DNA of 61,859 nt, filler included, from Choristocarpus tenellus KU-1152 (taxonomy: Eukaryota > Protista > Phaeophyceae), in assembly GCA_964200185.2 (NCBI GenBank). It is 8 parts of 8 records of this genome, joined end to end, with 100 filler letters (N's around TTAATTAATTAA, not from the genome) between each part and the next. Parts side by side here need not be neighbours in the genome. Positions count along the whole stretch, not along the records: positions 1 to 6,758 come from CAXNAD020007414.1; positions 6,859 to 17,991 come from CAXNAD020002490.1; 6 more parts are not named here. One strand, 5' to 3'. Below, in pieces: positions 1 through 10,735 of this stretch (positions are counted from its first letter, which is position 1; the number at the start of each line of letters is the position of its first letter). The translations under genes were made by a program, and so were the position numbers. The notes below the pieces were generated by a model. The model searched no databases and was not told the DNA's origin. It saw only the letters and a list, made by a program, of their open reading frames with translations.

Positions 1-45
1 TTTTAATGTTTATTTATTTATTTTTTGTTCTCATCGCACCATCAC

Positions 46-223
46 GACCCAAAGTATCTGGGGGGGGGGGGTCTATACCAGGGTGTCCATTTGACCCCAA
101 ATCAGGAAAAGTGTATTTACATTATATCCATCCGACCTATGCAACCAAATCACTCAAAAATCGCGACATGAAAAAATTGCCCCCAAATGGACAGCCGCCA
201 CCCCCCCCCAGATACTTTGAGCC
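46..223. mobile_element. MITE family A (about 178 bp, poly-G/poly-C TIRs)
   Basis: TIRs GACCCAAAGTATCTGGGGG / CCCCCAGATACTTTGAGCC; subterminal TCCATTTG / CAAATGGA; flanks TCAC/TCAT; similar copies elsewhere in the window. Confidence 0.9.
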
Positions 224-519
224 TCATTTCGTTCTTCATTTCGTTCTTCATTTCATATTTTTTCATAGTTCTTACTCTCATTATTCACTGACGTTTCCCC
301 TCATTTTCTTGTTCTTATTTATTTTACTATTTATTCAGTTTCCACTTTTTTGACCTCATCCACCCATTACTTTTCTTTCCTTTCTATTTATTGCTCCTTA
401 TATATATATATATTTATTAATTATTATTACTATTTGGCCCTTCACTATTATTTATTTATTTTTATTTTTTGTCATTACCTGTTTTGCGCAGTAGCAGAGC
501 AGCCTTGAGTATGCTTTGT

Positions 520-1010
520 GCTTGGGGGGCACAGGACAGGCAATAATCAGATGCCGAGTAGGTCATGAATAATGTAAGCCTAATCCCGAATAGCACTTGC
601 ATTTTTAACTGGGAAGATGGGAACGGAAGACCCATGAATTATAGCCTTAATCAGAGCCATGTATTTTGTAACTTTTGAAGGTCCAGTTCAGAAGACACAA
701 TCGTATACTCGGATTAGGGCAGACACAATTCGACGGAGATTGTATTGTGTGACCTCATGGACACTGTGAAGGGGACATGGATGAATGAATCACATTTGTG
801 ATTAGAGAGATCGGAACTGGGGACTCATTCATTTTTAGACCATGTAAGAGATATATACTTTGTAAATTTTGAAGCTGTGTTTTAGAAGGAACAAGTGTAT
901 ACTCAGATTTAGGGTAGGTGCAAACTCTGATGTTATTCTGTGACCCTTGGGAAAAAATTTCCCACGGAAAACAAGGATATTTGTTGACCTGTTTTGGCCC
1001 TAGTTGGAGT
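520..1010 (+). repeat. Degenerate LTR-like repeat preceded by a purine tract; related copy near 1890-2040
   Basis: GTGCTTGGGGGGCA...GACAGGCAATAATCAGATG occurs near 520 and near 1892, with shared downstream blocks. Confidence 0.45.
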
Positions 1011-1045
1011 TTTATGTATTTTAAAATAAAAGTATATACTCTTAT

Positions 1046-1303
1046 GAGTCAAAGTATCTTAGAGGGTAAAGCCGCATCCATTTGGGGATCAAAATTCAAT
1101 GTTACAATTTTGATGTAATATTGACTATCATGTTCGTTAGGATATGTCAATATCCTTGTTCTGGACACTTCTTTTCACAACATATACATTCACCTACTCC
1201 GAAACACTTTGGAGCAGATAAAATGTCGCCAAAAACTCGTGGGAAGCAAAGCCCCAAATGGACAAACAGGGTAAAATCCATACCCTCTAAGATACTTTCA
1301 CTC
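1046..1303. mobile_element. MITE family B (about 258 bp)
   Basis: TIRs GAGTCAAAGTATCTTAGAGGGTA / TACCCTCTAAGATACTTTCACTC; flanked by TTAT on both sides. Confidence 0.92.
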
Positions 1304-2163
1304 TTATCTGGTCAGACATACATTGATCTTGACTGTGTCTTACGACTTCTGGGGATCCATTCTCAAAGGAAATGAGGAGATTTGTCGATTATTGTTGGAT
1401 CCATGGGTTAATTTGGAACTGGAGTCCCTATGATGGAGACAACTGGCAGAGTCGGAACTGAAGTCCCTTTGTTACCAAATGGCAATTATACATGCCGCCG
1501 CAGCATGATCTAAGGTGATGGACGATATTTACTATCCTGATCAATGATTATCGCCCGTGGTAAGCGTGAAACAGGTAGTCCCTACATGGAACGTAGGATA
1601 GTAGAAGTTGGAAGCATGAAGCCACCCACATCAGAACAGAGAGTAATTTATATGGGATGCATTTCTATTTCCCCCTTCTTTATGTTAACCCTGATTCCAC
1701 AATGGCTTATTTTTCATTTTATTATTTTTTTCTGTCAGACCCGGTACCTGATCCCCTTAATTTCTTGTTTCTATCTTTCTTCAGTCTTTTCTTTTTCTTT
1801 CTTTTCTGTCCCCTTGTTTTTTTTTTAAATGCTGATGTTGATGTTGTTGCCTGTTTTACCTACCCACTAGTAGCAGTCGTCAGTATGCTTCGTGCTTGGG
1901 GGGCATGAGACAGGCAATAATCAGATGGTACTCGGTACCTTAGGGAAGCTGTGCTTTAGAAGGAGTAAATTGTATACCCAGATGGGGCTAGATGCCGACA
2001 GATTTCTCTAAGGAAACAAATATATTTGTTTTTGGACCTAGAAGGCGTTACGTTTTTTTTTCTTCTCTGCCTCCACGCGATCTGAGTGATTGGTGATATG
2101 TCACTGGCAACAACCGCCTGTGGTAAGCGTGAAACACGTAGTCTTAGTTCACGCTGGGGGGCA

Positions 2164-2560
2164 TGTTACAGGCGAATAGCGCGAGCATTTTTTCTTGTCT
2201 TCTAGCAAGCGCGAGCAGTATACCATAATTGTAGCAAACAGGTATAACCTTACAGAATAAAAATCAATTCCTGGAAGTTGCAGAATACAGATTTATGGAA
2301 TTTGCAGGTGACACTTAACTATTTGGCTGTAGAAAAACGGTGGATGACGTTAATAAAAGGCTGACTTATTGACCACACAACCCTGTACTTATGATCCTTA
2401 CTCTTTTGAGAAAGCGAAAAGTGAAGCATTGACTGAGCGATGTATTGACTGACACCATCCGTGGTTATCATCTGTGGAAATACCCCCTTAGCGTCATTTT
2501 AAGGTCGTTGGATTTGAGTTACACATCCTATGGAGGTGAGCTCTGGAGCGTATTGTAACA
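2164..2560 (+). mobile_element. LTR, probably a 3' LTR with upstream polypurine tract
   Basis: TGTTAC...GTAACA termini; preceded by TGGGGGGCA; both ends similar to the solo LTR at 14248-14718. Confidence 0.7.
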
Positions 2561-2878
2561 GTTCCACTTCTCTGGGTCAGGGCCCAAATGGACACCCTGG
2601 TGTAGACCCCCCCCCCCCTTCAAGATGCTTTGACCCTTAATCAATCCATGTTGTACACTTACATTGATTAAGAGTATACCTTCATCTGCTGACCTGACAT
2701 TCACCATCCTTGTTGGACCTTTTGACCGTTGGAATATCTCAGGAGTCCTGTACGTACATCAGCGCCATCTATGGGCCTGTGGACTGGAAGTATACATCCC
2801 GTGGAAGTAAGCTTTGGGGTGTGCTGTAACAGACTACCTCCTGGACACATACCTGCTCGGAGAGGCTGAAATTGGAGA

Positions 2879-5610
2879 GTGGGTAGTCAATTACCTACAA
2901 TGCCTACCATACTAGCAACCCTCTCCCACCTTTCCCCCTTTCCCCATCCAATCTCCCCCCACCCTACCCTCAACAGGGGGATCACCGTTTCCTGTCCTTT
3001 CCCTCTCTCCCTCCTCTCTACCCCAACCCCCATCATCACCCCCGCCTCACCCCCTTCATCCCTCCCTCCCGTAAGAAAATCTGGGCCACCTACCCCCACA
3101 TTCGTGTCTGCCATGGGGTGTTCATACCCCAAGTGTTGCTTCTGCCCTCGACCAAGTCGAAATGGAGATCCTGGAGCAGGTAAATATCTCACCACCATTA
3201 AGAAGGTCCCTGGTAGGCTTCTCACTGCCTGTACCATCAATTTCATGTACACAGTGGATCTCCTAAAGCATGAAGTAACCACCCCAAGGCCAGAAGGGGG
3301 GGGGGGCGACAATAGGGGCTATCAGAGCGTCCAAGCTCCTCGATCTAGTCTCTGACGTTTTACTAGCCAATGATGGAACGGTCTTGAGGGAGGAGAGGTT
3401 CGCCAGTGTAGCGCCGAGGAACATCCAGGGGTTGGTAGCACGGCTACTAGAACGATCCCAGAGGACTAGCAGACGTCGGGAGCCCCCCAGAGATTATCCT
3501 AAATCACACCAGGAATGAGCTGCAGCACTTGGTCATCACCATGGAGGTATCTCCAAGGGGGCAAGTGTTCTCCTATCACCCAGAACCCCAAGGACAGAAG
3601 AAAATTTCTGGGTGCTGGCTCCCAAGCACACGAACGAGAATCTATATGAGCTTAGGCAAGTCATAATAGCAGCAAAAGGATAGAGTGAAAAGGGATACGG
3701 TCTGGGCAACAACAGTACTGCCGCCCTGAGGAGGAATACACCCCCACCTCCCTACGGACGGCCTTCATGAGAGCAAACAGCAACTCCACCAAAGAACCCA
3801 GTGGGATGCACCCAAGCCATATCCAATCGGCCATGACGATAGATGTTGGTCATGAAGAAGTGGCGGAGGCATTTGCTAAGCTTGGGGAGCTAGCCTACAC
3901 CTCCCTGGACTACTTACCTCCTGAGGTTTGGAAGCTCCACAGTACTTCTAGACTGTCTACAATTGGGGACTAGTGCCGCCCAGTCTCTTGAGGCCTTCCT
4001 TTAGAAGGGGATGTGCTTCAGCCTTCTGTGCACATTAATGCCCCTACCTAGAGGAACATTTCGGAGGAATGGGTCAGTTTGGCGTAGGGGTCCCAAAATG
4101 GGTTTGAGCGTGCCCTACTGGACATTCGACTAAGGAATGAGTGCGGCGAATGGGTCACTAGTGTAGATGGAAGAAACGCCTCCAACATTGTACGCCACTT
4201 GGCCTTCATCAAAGCTCTCCCTGAGACCTTATCAGGACTCCTACCCTACGTGTCTAAGGGGTATGGGGGCACCTGTGATCTTCTTTCACCCCAGGATGAG
4301 GGAGGGATGAAGATGATGCCATCAAGGTCAAGGGCACAACAAGGGGATCTCCTTGACTCCCCCCTATATTGCATGGCAACCACAAAAGTCCTACGGCGAG
4401 TCCAGTCTATCTCTGGACCCCAGGGGGTCTCTTCCCGAAGTTATCTAGATGACACATCCATTTCTGCAGAGGGAGATTAACTACATCACAATAGCTGCTG
4501 TTGAGCAACTGAAAACTATCTGCACAAGGTAGGCATTGCCCTCAACATGGACAAGACCTTTGCTGCACCTCCCCAGGGCCACCAGCCACCAGTCCATGCC
4601 TTCAGAACTAGAACTTCTGGTCATAGTGGGAATTAACCTGCCCGTGGATACAAATTATTTTTTTACACCAGGGGCTCCAGTGGGAACAGATAAATTCATC
4701 CAAGCCCACAGAGCTGAGGCTATCGAGAGCTCAGGGTCACGAATGCTGGCCACGCACCTAAGTGAGATGAAGGATAAACAAGTTGCCTGGTTCCTCAACT
4801 CCTGGTCCCTCTCCCGCTTAGGCTATTTGGCAAGGGTCATTTCCCCCCACCTGCCACGCTCCACCCTATCCAACAGGTGGCTGTGTGCAGGAGGCATAAT
4901 GTGGACACTAGACACGCTTGTACCTGCCCTATTGCAGGGGGACAGGTCCGCCAAGACACACCGATAGTGAAGGGTCTAGTTCAACTCTGTAAAGGAATGG
5001 GCATCTCTCGCACAATGGAGGACGGTAGCCCATTCACAGTTGACCATAATTTCAGCATGAATGTGGTCTTCCATGCTGGGGCACTTGCGGACACCAGATC
5101 AGCTCCCTACCGGGACAAAGGCCTCCTCCTATTACGTTCGTAGAAGTCCAAGCAGTCTCCCATTTGCCCCATTCATCCACCAGCAATGGTGTAGCTGCTG
5201 CTGCAGCTGAGGCAAGAAAACGCACCCACATGCGGTAGAGGGGAGAGGGGCTGGAGGCTACTGTTGAAATATTCCACACTGGACCCACGGTTTCGTGCCT
5301 AGATAGAGTACAATGAATAAATAGCTTGATGTAGATATGCAATACTAATGTTACAAGGGGCTTGCGGTCTCAATTTCGTTTACTGAATTGGTGGGGGTGA
5401 GACAAGTGCAGACCACCATATGGGATTTACAACGTCCATCTGGATAATCAGAAGAGAATAAAATCTACGTATCGTATGTACCATATATGATATATCGACG
5501 GATAATCTAATATCAGGTCTTTAGTGCTAACAACGATATGTATATATATAGTTTTCATTGGTTTCCCCCCTGACACATCTGCAAAATATCAGAGGGCATA
5601 ATAATAAAAA
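2879..5610 (+). mobile_element. Decayed RLE-type non-LTR retrotransposon (CRE-like clade)
   Basis: Broken RT motifs QFGVGV (~4076), DGRNASN, QQGDLL, SYLDD (~4440); RLE-like GVAAAAAEARKRTH (~5190); conserved 3' end with (TAA)n/A tail at 5551-5610; many stops and frameshifts. Confidence 0.72.
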
Positions 5611-5769
5611 AACATGAACATTGGGTCGAGCTCAACTGAAATATACGGAAACATATATCTGGTTCTACCTTTCCTCCACCGGTGGTGTCTACCTTTCCTA
5701 ATCTAGTCCATCGATGGTGTCTATAGTGTATCAGCAACACTATCTACAAACAGCAACAGCACGAACGGA

Positions 5770-6110
5770 ATCGTCAAATCCCGTTCACGACAGATAGTGT
5801 CTGTCACAACACAAGTGACTCTATCAAAATGTGTCGCACATTTAAAGCTGGAAACATCAGGGAGACGGTTGAGGAGAGGCCTGTCCGATTCTTAGGGTGT
5901 TTCCCTAGCTCCTCGCCCTGTGGTGTAGGTCTAAGCTAGGTTGAAGGCATAGCAGGGGAGGGGTGTAGTATAGCTGGTGGTAGTCAAAAGTAAAAAGATT
6001 TTGGCGAGATATCTTTCATATTTACGACACCTGTTACTTTTATAGGGGTTCTTATGATTTTGAATTAGCTTTTCCCCTGACACATCTGCACATGTCAGAG
6101 GTATAGTAAT
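5770..6110 (+). mobile_element. 5'-truncated 3' end of the CRE-like element
   Basis: Encodes KSRSRQIVSVTTQ-like C-terminus, then CCCCTGACACATCTGCACATGTCAGAGG. Confidence 0.65.
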
Positions 6111-6601
6111 ATATATTATATTGTCCAACTAATCTTAAATCGATTGGTACAAGGTGCTTAAACTACAGTTACTTACACCATAGTAACTGGACATTGTTTA
6201 CTATATTGTTGTGATGGGATTTTCGAATGGAACAATGATCGATTCTGGATCATTTGGAAGGTCTTGTAACTGTTACTGAATAACTAAGAATATTATTACT
6301 ACTATGCGTATCATCTTTCTCTTCGCTGTAGCGGGGTTGGCATCACTACTCGGCAATGAAGCCTTACAATCTCGTCATCAGTCCAGGGTATTAATTGTAT
6401 AGGTGTAGAATTCTGCGGATTGCCACGTAGACTTGGGAACGTCGAAACCAGATCCCTATGAAAAGAAATCTGGTATAGATGGGTTCTGAACCCATGAAGC
6501 TCATGTAGGAACAACCCCCCGCATTTACCACCTACTACAATTTAACCATGTATAATGTTCAAAATTGAATCAGTTAATGTGTACTTCCGATTAACGATAC
6601 A

Positions 6602-6675
6602 GCCTTAGCAGATCAGTTGGTTATAGCGTATGACTGAAAGTTGTAACGCTACGAGTTCGACTCACGTTGAAGGTA
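6602..6675 (+). pseudogene. Degenerate tRNA-Phe(GAA)-like sequence (pseudo-tRNA or SINE head)
   Basis: GCCTTAG...TGAAGGT acceptor; D-arm-like TCAGTTGGTTATAGCG; anticodon arm TATGA-CTGAAAG-TTGTA; T-loop GTTCGACTC; several stem mismatches. Confidence 0.55.
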
Positions 6676-6704
6676 TTCTTTCATAACTCTCGTCCTTAAG
6701 CTAT

Positions 6705-6758
6705 TACATTTTATTATTATGCCCTCTGACATTTTGCAGATGTGTCAGGGGGGAAACC
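6705..6758 (-). mobile_element. 3' end of CRE-like element, reverse orientation, cut by the gap
   Basis: TTATTATTATGCCCTCTGACATTTTGCAGATGTGTCAGGGGGGAAACC is the reverse complement of the conserved 3' motif. Confidence 0.7.
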
Positions 6759-6858
6759 NNNNNNNNNNNNNNNNNNNNNNNNNNNNNNNNNNNNNNNNNN
6801 NNTTAATTAATTAANNNNNNNNNNNNNNNNNNNNNNNNNNNNNNNNNNNNNNNNNNNN
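6759..6858. other. Artificial contig spacer (also 17992-18091, 22750-22849, 29997-30096, 35998-36097, 43960-44059, 51277-51376)
   Basis: Seven identical 100-nt N-TTAATTAATTAA-N blocks; the 12-mer gives stops in all six frames. Confidence 0.97.
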
Positions 6859-7125
6859 CACGGAGGGGTCTGTTAGATTCTTGGGATGCCTCCCTAGTTC
6901 CCCCCCCGGGGCACAGGAGTTGGTAGATGGGAAGCACAACAGGAAGACAGTAGTACAATATTTGATAGTGGTGAAGTAACTGGTTAGTGGTTTTCACACA
7001 ATGTTTTATAGTGTTCTTATGTTTAGGATATTTCATTTCTTTAGGGCTAATAACGACATACATACAGTTTTCATTGGTTTTCCCCCTGACACATCTGCAA
7101 AATGTGAGAGGGCATAATAATAAAA
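6859..7125 (+). mobile_element. 3' end of CRE-like element
   Basis: GGGATGCCTCCCTAG block plus CCCCTGACACATCTGCAAAATGTGAGAGGGCATAATAATAAAA tail. Confidence 0.7.
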
Positions 7126-7227
7126 AAAAGCATTTGGAAGATGGAGAGAGGTGATGTTTTTAAGTTCGTCCCATTCAATCCTCCCAACTATTCCTAACAA
7201 AAAGTGGTTAGCAGACCAGTGGGTTGA

Positions 7228-10026
7228 ATGGAGCAGGTCCACAACGTGCACGTCAAGCTTGAATCCAAAGAAGTATTGTACGATGCTAATGCTTCCTACA
7301 ACACTCAACTGACCAATTCCCCGACCCAGCTCAATCATTGCAGCAACCCAACCTCGGAATCCACCTTACCTGTGAAGGAAGAAACTCTTCTCCATCCTCC
7401 CGGAGTACACAATAGCGAACCCTTGAGTGTGAAGCTGCGTCACCAGAGGAAGAGGATATTGATTGAACACCAGGATTCTAGGTCTGGACGTAGTGTGGAA
7501 GATGATGGAGGATCTGTTGAACCAACACCGAAACGTCAAAATCATGGCATTCCAGGTCCACCGCCGACCTCGATAGACTGGTATGATGAGAGCGATATAG
7601 TGCCAGGCAGTGACGTAGCGAGGCCCAAGCCATGTTGCCAGCCCAATCGATGCCGCCATATCGCATATTTCGGCTGGGAGGGAACGAGGAAAGAACTGTC
7701 CTGTTCAGCACATAAGCTGCATGGCATGGTAAATGTGGCAAGGCCCCAATGCCATTACCGAGAATGTGCACATGATGCTAGCTTTGGTCATGAGGGAAAC
7801 AGTAAGACACTGTATTGTGCTATACATAAGCTGGATGGTATGGTGGAAATGAAGGCCTGTTGTCATCAGTCGGACTGTGCGCAATGTGCTAGCTTTAATT
7901 ATGAGGGGGGTAAGAAAGCACTGTACTGCACAGCTCATAAGGTGGATAGCATGGTAAATGTGAAAAGGGTCTGCTGCTATCACCCAGGATGTGCTCGCTC
8001 TTCTAGATATGGTCATGAGAGGGACGGGGAGGCCATGTTCTGCTCTGCACATAAACTGGAAGGCATGGTGGATGTGGTAAGACCTCGTTGTCACCACTCC
8101 GAATGTACCCGCATATCTAGTCTTGGTAATGAGCTAGGCAGGATGGTCATGTATTGCTCTGAACACAAGCTGGATGGCATGAAGAAGGTGAGGAGACCCC
8201 ATTGCTATCACCCAGGGTGTGCCCGCTATCCTAGCTTTGGTAATAAGGAGGACAGGAAGGCCATTTACTGCTCTGCACATAAACTTGATGTCATGGTCTC
8301 TGTAAGAGGGAACTTTTGCCATCACACGGGATGTTCTCGCACATCTTACTTTGGTAATGAGGGAGACAGGAAGGCCATGTACTGCTCTGCACAAAAGGTG
8401 GATGGCATGGTCAATATTAAAAGGAACTCATGCCATCACCCAGAGTGTGCTCGCATATCTTGCTTTGGTTATGAGGGGGACAGGAAGGCCATTTACTGCT
8501 CTGCTCATAAGGTGGATGGCATGGTCAATGTGAAAGGGAACTCATGCCATCACACAGGATGTGATCGCATATCTTACTTTGGTTATGAAGGGAACAGAAA
8601 GGCCATGTACTGCTCTGCTCATAAGGTGGATGGCATGGTCAATGTGAAAAGGAACTCATGCCATCACCCAGAGTGTGCTCGCATATCTTGCTTTGGTAAT
8701 GAGGGGAACAGGAAAGCTATGTACTGCTCTGCACATAAGGTGGATGGCATGGTCAATGTGAAAGGGAACTCATGCCATCACACAGGATGTGCTGTCTGCC
8801 CCAGCTTTGGGAATGAGGGGGACAGGAAGCCACTGTACTGCTCTGCTCATAAGCTGGAAGGCATGGTGAATGTGACAAATAGTAAATGCCGTCACCCAGA
8901 ATGTGCCCACATATCTAGCTTTGGTTATGAGATGGACAAGAAGGCCCTGTACTGCTCTGCACATAAGGTGGATGACATGATCAATGTGAGAACCCGCCTT
9001 TGTCATCACCCAAGGTGTGCTCGTTACCCCGGCTTTGGCTATGAGATAGACAGGAAGGCCATGTACTGCTCCCAGCACAAGTTGGAAGGCATGGTGAATA
9101 TGAGGACTAGCAAGTGTCATCACCCAGAATGTGCCTGCCGATCTAGCTTTGGTTATGAGAGGGAGAAGAAGGCCATGTACTGCTTGGAGCACAAGCTGCA
9201 AGGTATGGTGAATGTGAGGACTAGCAAGTGTCATCACCCAGAATGTGCCCACCGATCTAGCTTTGGTTATGAGAGGGAGAAGAAGGTCATGTACTGCTTG
9301 GAGCATAAGCTGGAAGGTATGGTGAATGTGAGGACTATCAAGTGTCATCACCCAGAATGTGATCTCTACCCCAGCTTTGGCTATGAGAGGGACAAGAAGG
9401 CCATGTACTGCTCTCAGCACAAGCTGGGTGGCATGGTGGATGTAAGGAGTCGTCGATGCCTTCTCCCGGAATGTGATATCTTCCCCAGCTTTGGCTATGA
9501 GAGGGACAAGAAGGCCATGTACTGCTCTGAGCACAAGCTGGATGGCATGGTGGATGTAAGGAGTCGTCGATGCCTTCTCCCGGAATGTGCTCGCTCCCCC
9601 AGCTTTGGTAATGAGAGGGACAAGAAGGCCGTGTACTGCACTGAGCACAAGCTGGAAGGCATGGTGAATGTGAAGACTCGTAAATGCCATCACCTAGAAT
9701 GTGCCCGTCCATCTAGATTTGGCTATGAGAGGGACAGGAAGGTCATGTACTGCTCCGAGCACAAACTGGATGGCATGGTGAATGTGAGGACTGTAAGGTG
9801 CCGTCACCCAGAATGTTCCCGCACACGTAGGTTTGGTTATGAGAGGGACAAGAAGGCACTGTACTGCTCTGCACATAGTCTGGATGGTATGGTAAATGTG
9901 ACAAAAAGTTATTGTCACCACCCCGAGTGTACCCGCTATCCTTGCTTTGGTAAGGAGGGGGACAAGAAGGGCATGTACTGCTCCAAGCACAAGCTAGATG
10001 GCATGGTGAATGTTAAAGGTCCCTGA
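7228..10026 (+). CDS. EsV-1-7 repeat protein: 21 tandem 38-aa C-x4-C-x16-C-x2-H repeats, intronless ORF
   Basis: 932-aa ORF; consensus CHHPECxxxxSFGYExDxKAMYCSxHKLDGMVNVxxxx from ~7636; basic NLS-like KLRHQRKR and PTPKRQ in the N-terminus. Confidence 0.9.
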   Translation: MEQVHNVHVKLESKEVLYDANASYNTQLTNSPTQLNHCSNPTSESTLPVKEETLLHPPGVHNSEPLSVKLRHQRKRILIEHQDSRSGRSVEDDGGSVEPTPKRQNHGIPGPPPTSIDWYDESDIVPGSDVARPKPCCQPNRCRHIAYFGWEGTRKELSCSAHKLHGMVNVARPQCHYRECAHDASFGHEGNSKTLYCAIHKLDGMVEMKACCHQSDCAQCASFNYEGGKKALYCTAHKVDSMVNVKRVCCYHPGCARSSRYGHERDGEAMFCSAHKLEGMVDVVRPRCHHSECTRISSLGNELGRMVMYCSEHKLDGMKKVRRPHCYHPGCARYPSFGNKEDRKAIYCSAHKLDVMVSVRGNFCHHTGCSRTSYFGNEGDRKAMYCSAQKVDGMVNIKRNSCHHPECARISCFGYEGDRKAIYCSAHKVDGMVNVKGNSCHHTGCDRISYFGYEGNRKAMYCSAHKVDGMVNVKRNSCHHPECARISCFGNEGNRKAMYCSAHKVDGMVNVKGNSCHHTGCAVCPSFGNEGDRKPLYCSAHKLEGMVNVTNSKCRHPECAHISSFGYEMDKKALYCSAHKVDDMINVRTRLCHHPRCARYPGFGYEIDRKAMYCSQHKLEGMVNMRTSKCHHPECACRSSFGYEREKKAMYCLEHKLQGMVNVRTSKCHHPECAHRSSFGYEREKKVMYCLEHKLEGMVNVRTIKCHHPECDLYPSFGYERDKKAMYCSQHKLGGMVDVRSRRCLLPECDIFPSFGYERDKKAMYCSEHKLDGMVDVRSRRCLLPECARSPSFGNERDKKAVYCTEHKLEGMVNVKTRKCHHLECARPSRFGYERDRKVMYCSEHKLDGMVNVRTVRCRHPECSRTRRFGYERDKKALYCSAHSLDGMVNVTKSYCHHPECTRYPCFGKEGDKKGMYCSKHKLDGMVNVKGP

Positions 10027-10340
10027 TGCCATCAATCAGAGTGTGCTGGCAATCCTAGCTTTTGTTATGAGGCAGTCGGGAAGGCCATGTACTGTGCTGC
10101 ACATAAGTTTGGTGGCATGGTGAATCTGAAAAACGTCCAATGCCATCACAAAGCATGTGCCTCCAAGTCTAAGTTGGGTTAGTAGGTGGACAGGTAGGCC
10201 ATGTATTGATATGAATATTGACTGGATGGCATGGTGGACATGAAGAGGTCCTGATATCATTGCCCAGAATGTTCCCAGCCTCCTCGCTTTGGTCATGATG
10301 GTAGCAGGGAGATAGGGTACTGCTCTGCACATCAGCTAAA
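10027..10340 (+). pseudogene. About three further EsV-1-7 repeats after the stop codon
   Basis: In frame after TGA: CHQSECAGNPSFCYEAVGKAMYCAAHKFGGMVNL, then two copies with stops or indels. Confidence 0.85.
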
Positions 10341-10619
10341 CAGCAGCTTGGACATACGAAGGCAGTCTGCTGCAATAACATATAGTGTGCCTCTGGTGGA
10401 CATGTGGTAATGAATATCGAGTTTGTATTGGTTCTTGTTTTGTGTATGAGGGGAGGTTTTGTCTCTCTTCAAGACGGTATTGTTGAGAAGAAGTCATTGA
10501 CTGTTGTTTTCTGTGTTGCTGATAGTTGGTGTTTGGTTAGGACCCCTTCCCGTAGGTGAGTGCTAACCTGTAATATTACAGCAGAATAATTGCCTTTGCA
10601 CTCCAGCATTTCATCTTCT

Positions 10620-10735
10620 GACCCAAAGCATTTGAGAGGGTAGTTGGGTTGCCCTGTTTGTCCGTTTGGGGCTTGGCTCCCCACAGGTTTTATGTGCTCT
10701 ATTTCGTTTTTTTGTGTGAAAACTGTTACCTAAAA
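10620..10735. mobile_element. Partial diverged MITE-B
   Basis: GACCCAAAGCATTTGAGAGGGTAG...CCCTGTTTGTCCGTTTGGGGC; ends where the LTR-like sequence starts. Confidence 0.7.

Noticed and set aside
6721-6758. Hammerhead ribozyme (Penelope-like) in the repeated hairpin
   Set aside because: CTGACAT does not match the CUGANGA core; the motif is linked to CRE-like coding sequence and a TAA tail.
6803-6814. TTAATTAATTAA palindrome seen seven times
   Set aside because: Artificial linker inside N runs.
8770-9990. Repetitive antisense ORFs up to 307 aa
   Set aside because: Shadow frames of the EsV-1-7 array.
7228-10026. EsV-1-7 gene as part of an integrated giant virus
   Set aside because: No viral hallmark genes on the contig, flanks are host transposons, and the family is known from brown algal nuclear genomes.
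7636-10340. Regular 114-nt repeats as a CRISPR-like array
   Set aside because: Whole units are homologous and protein-coding; no unique spacers, no cas genes.
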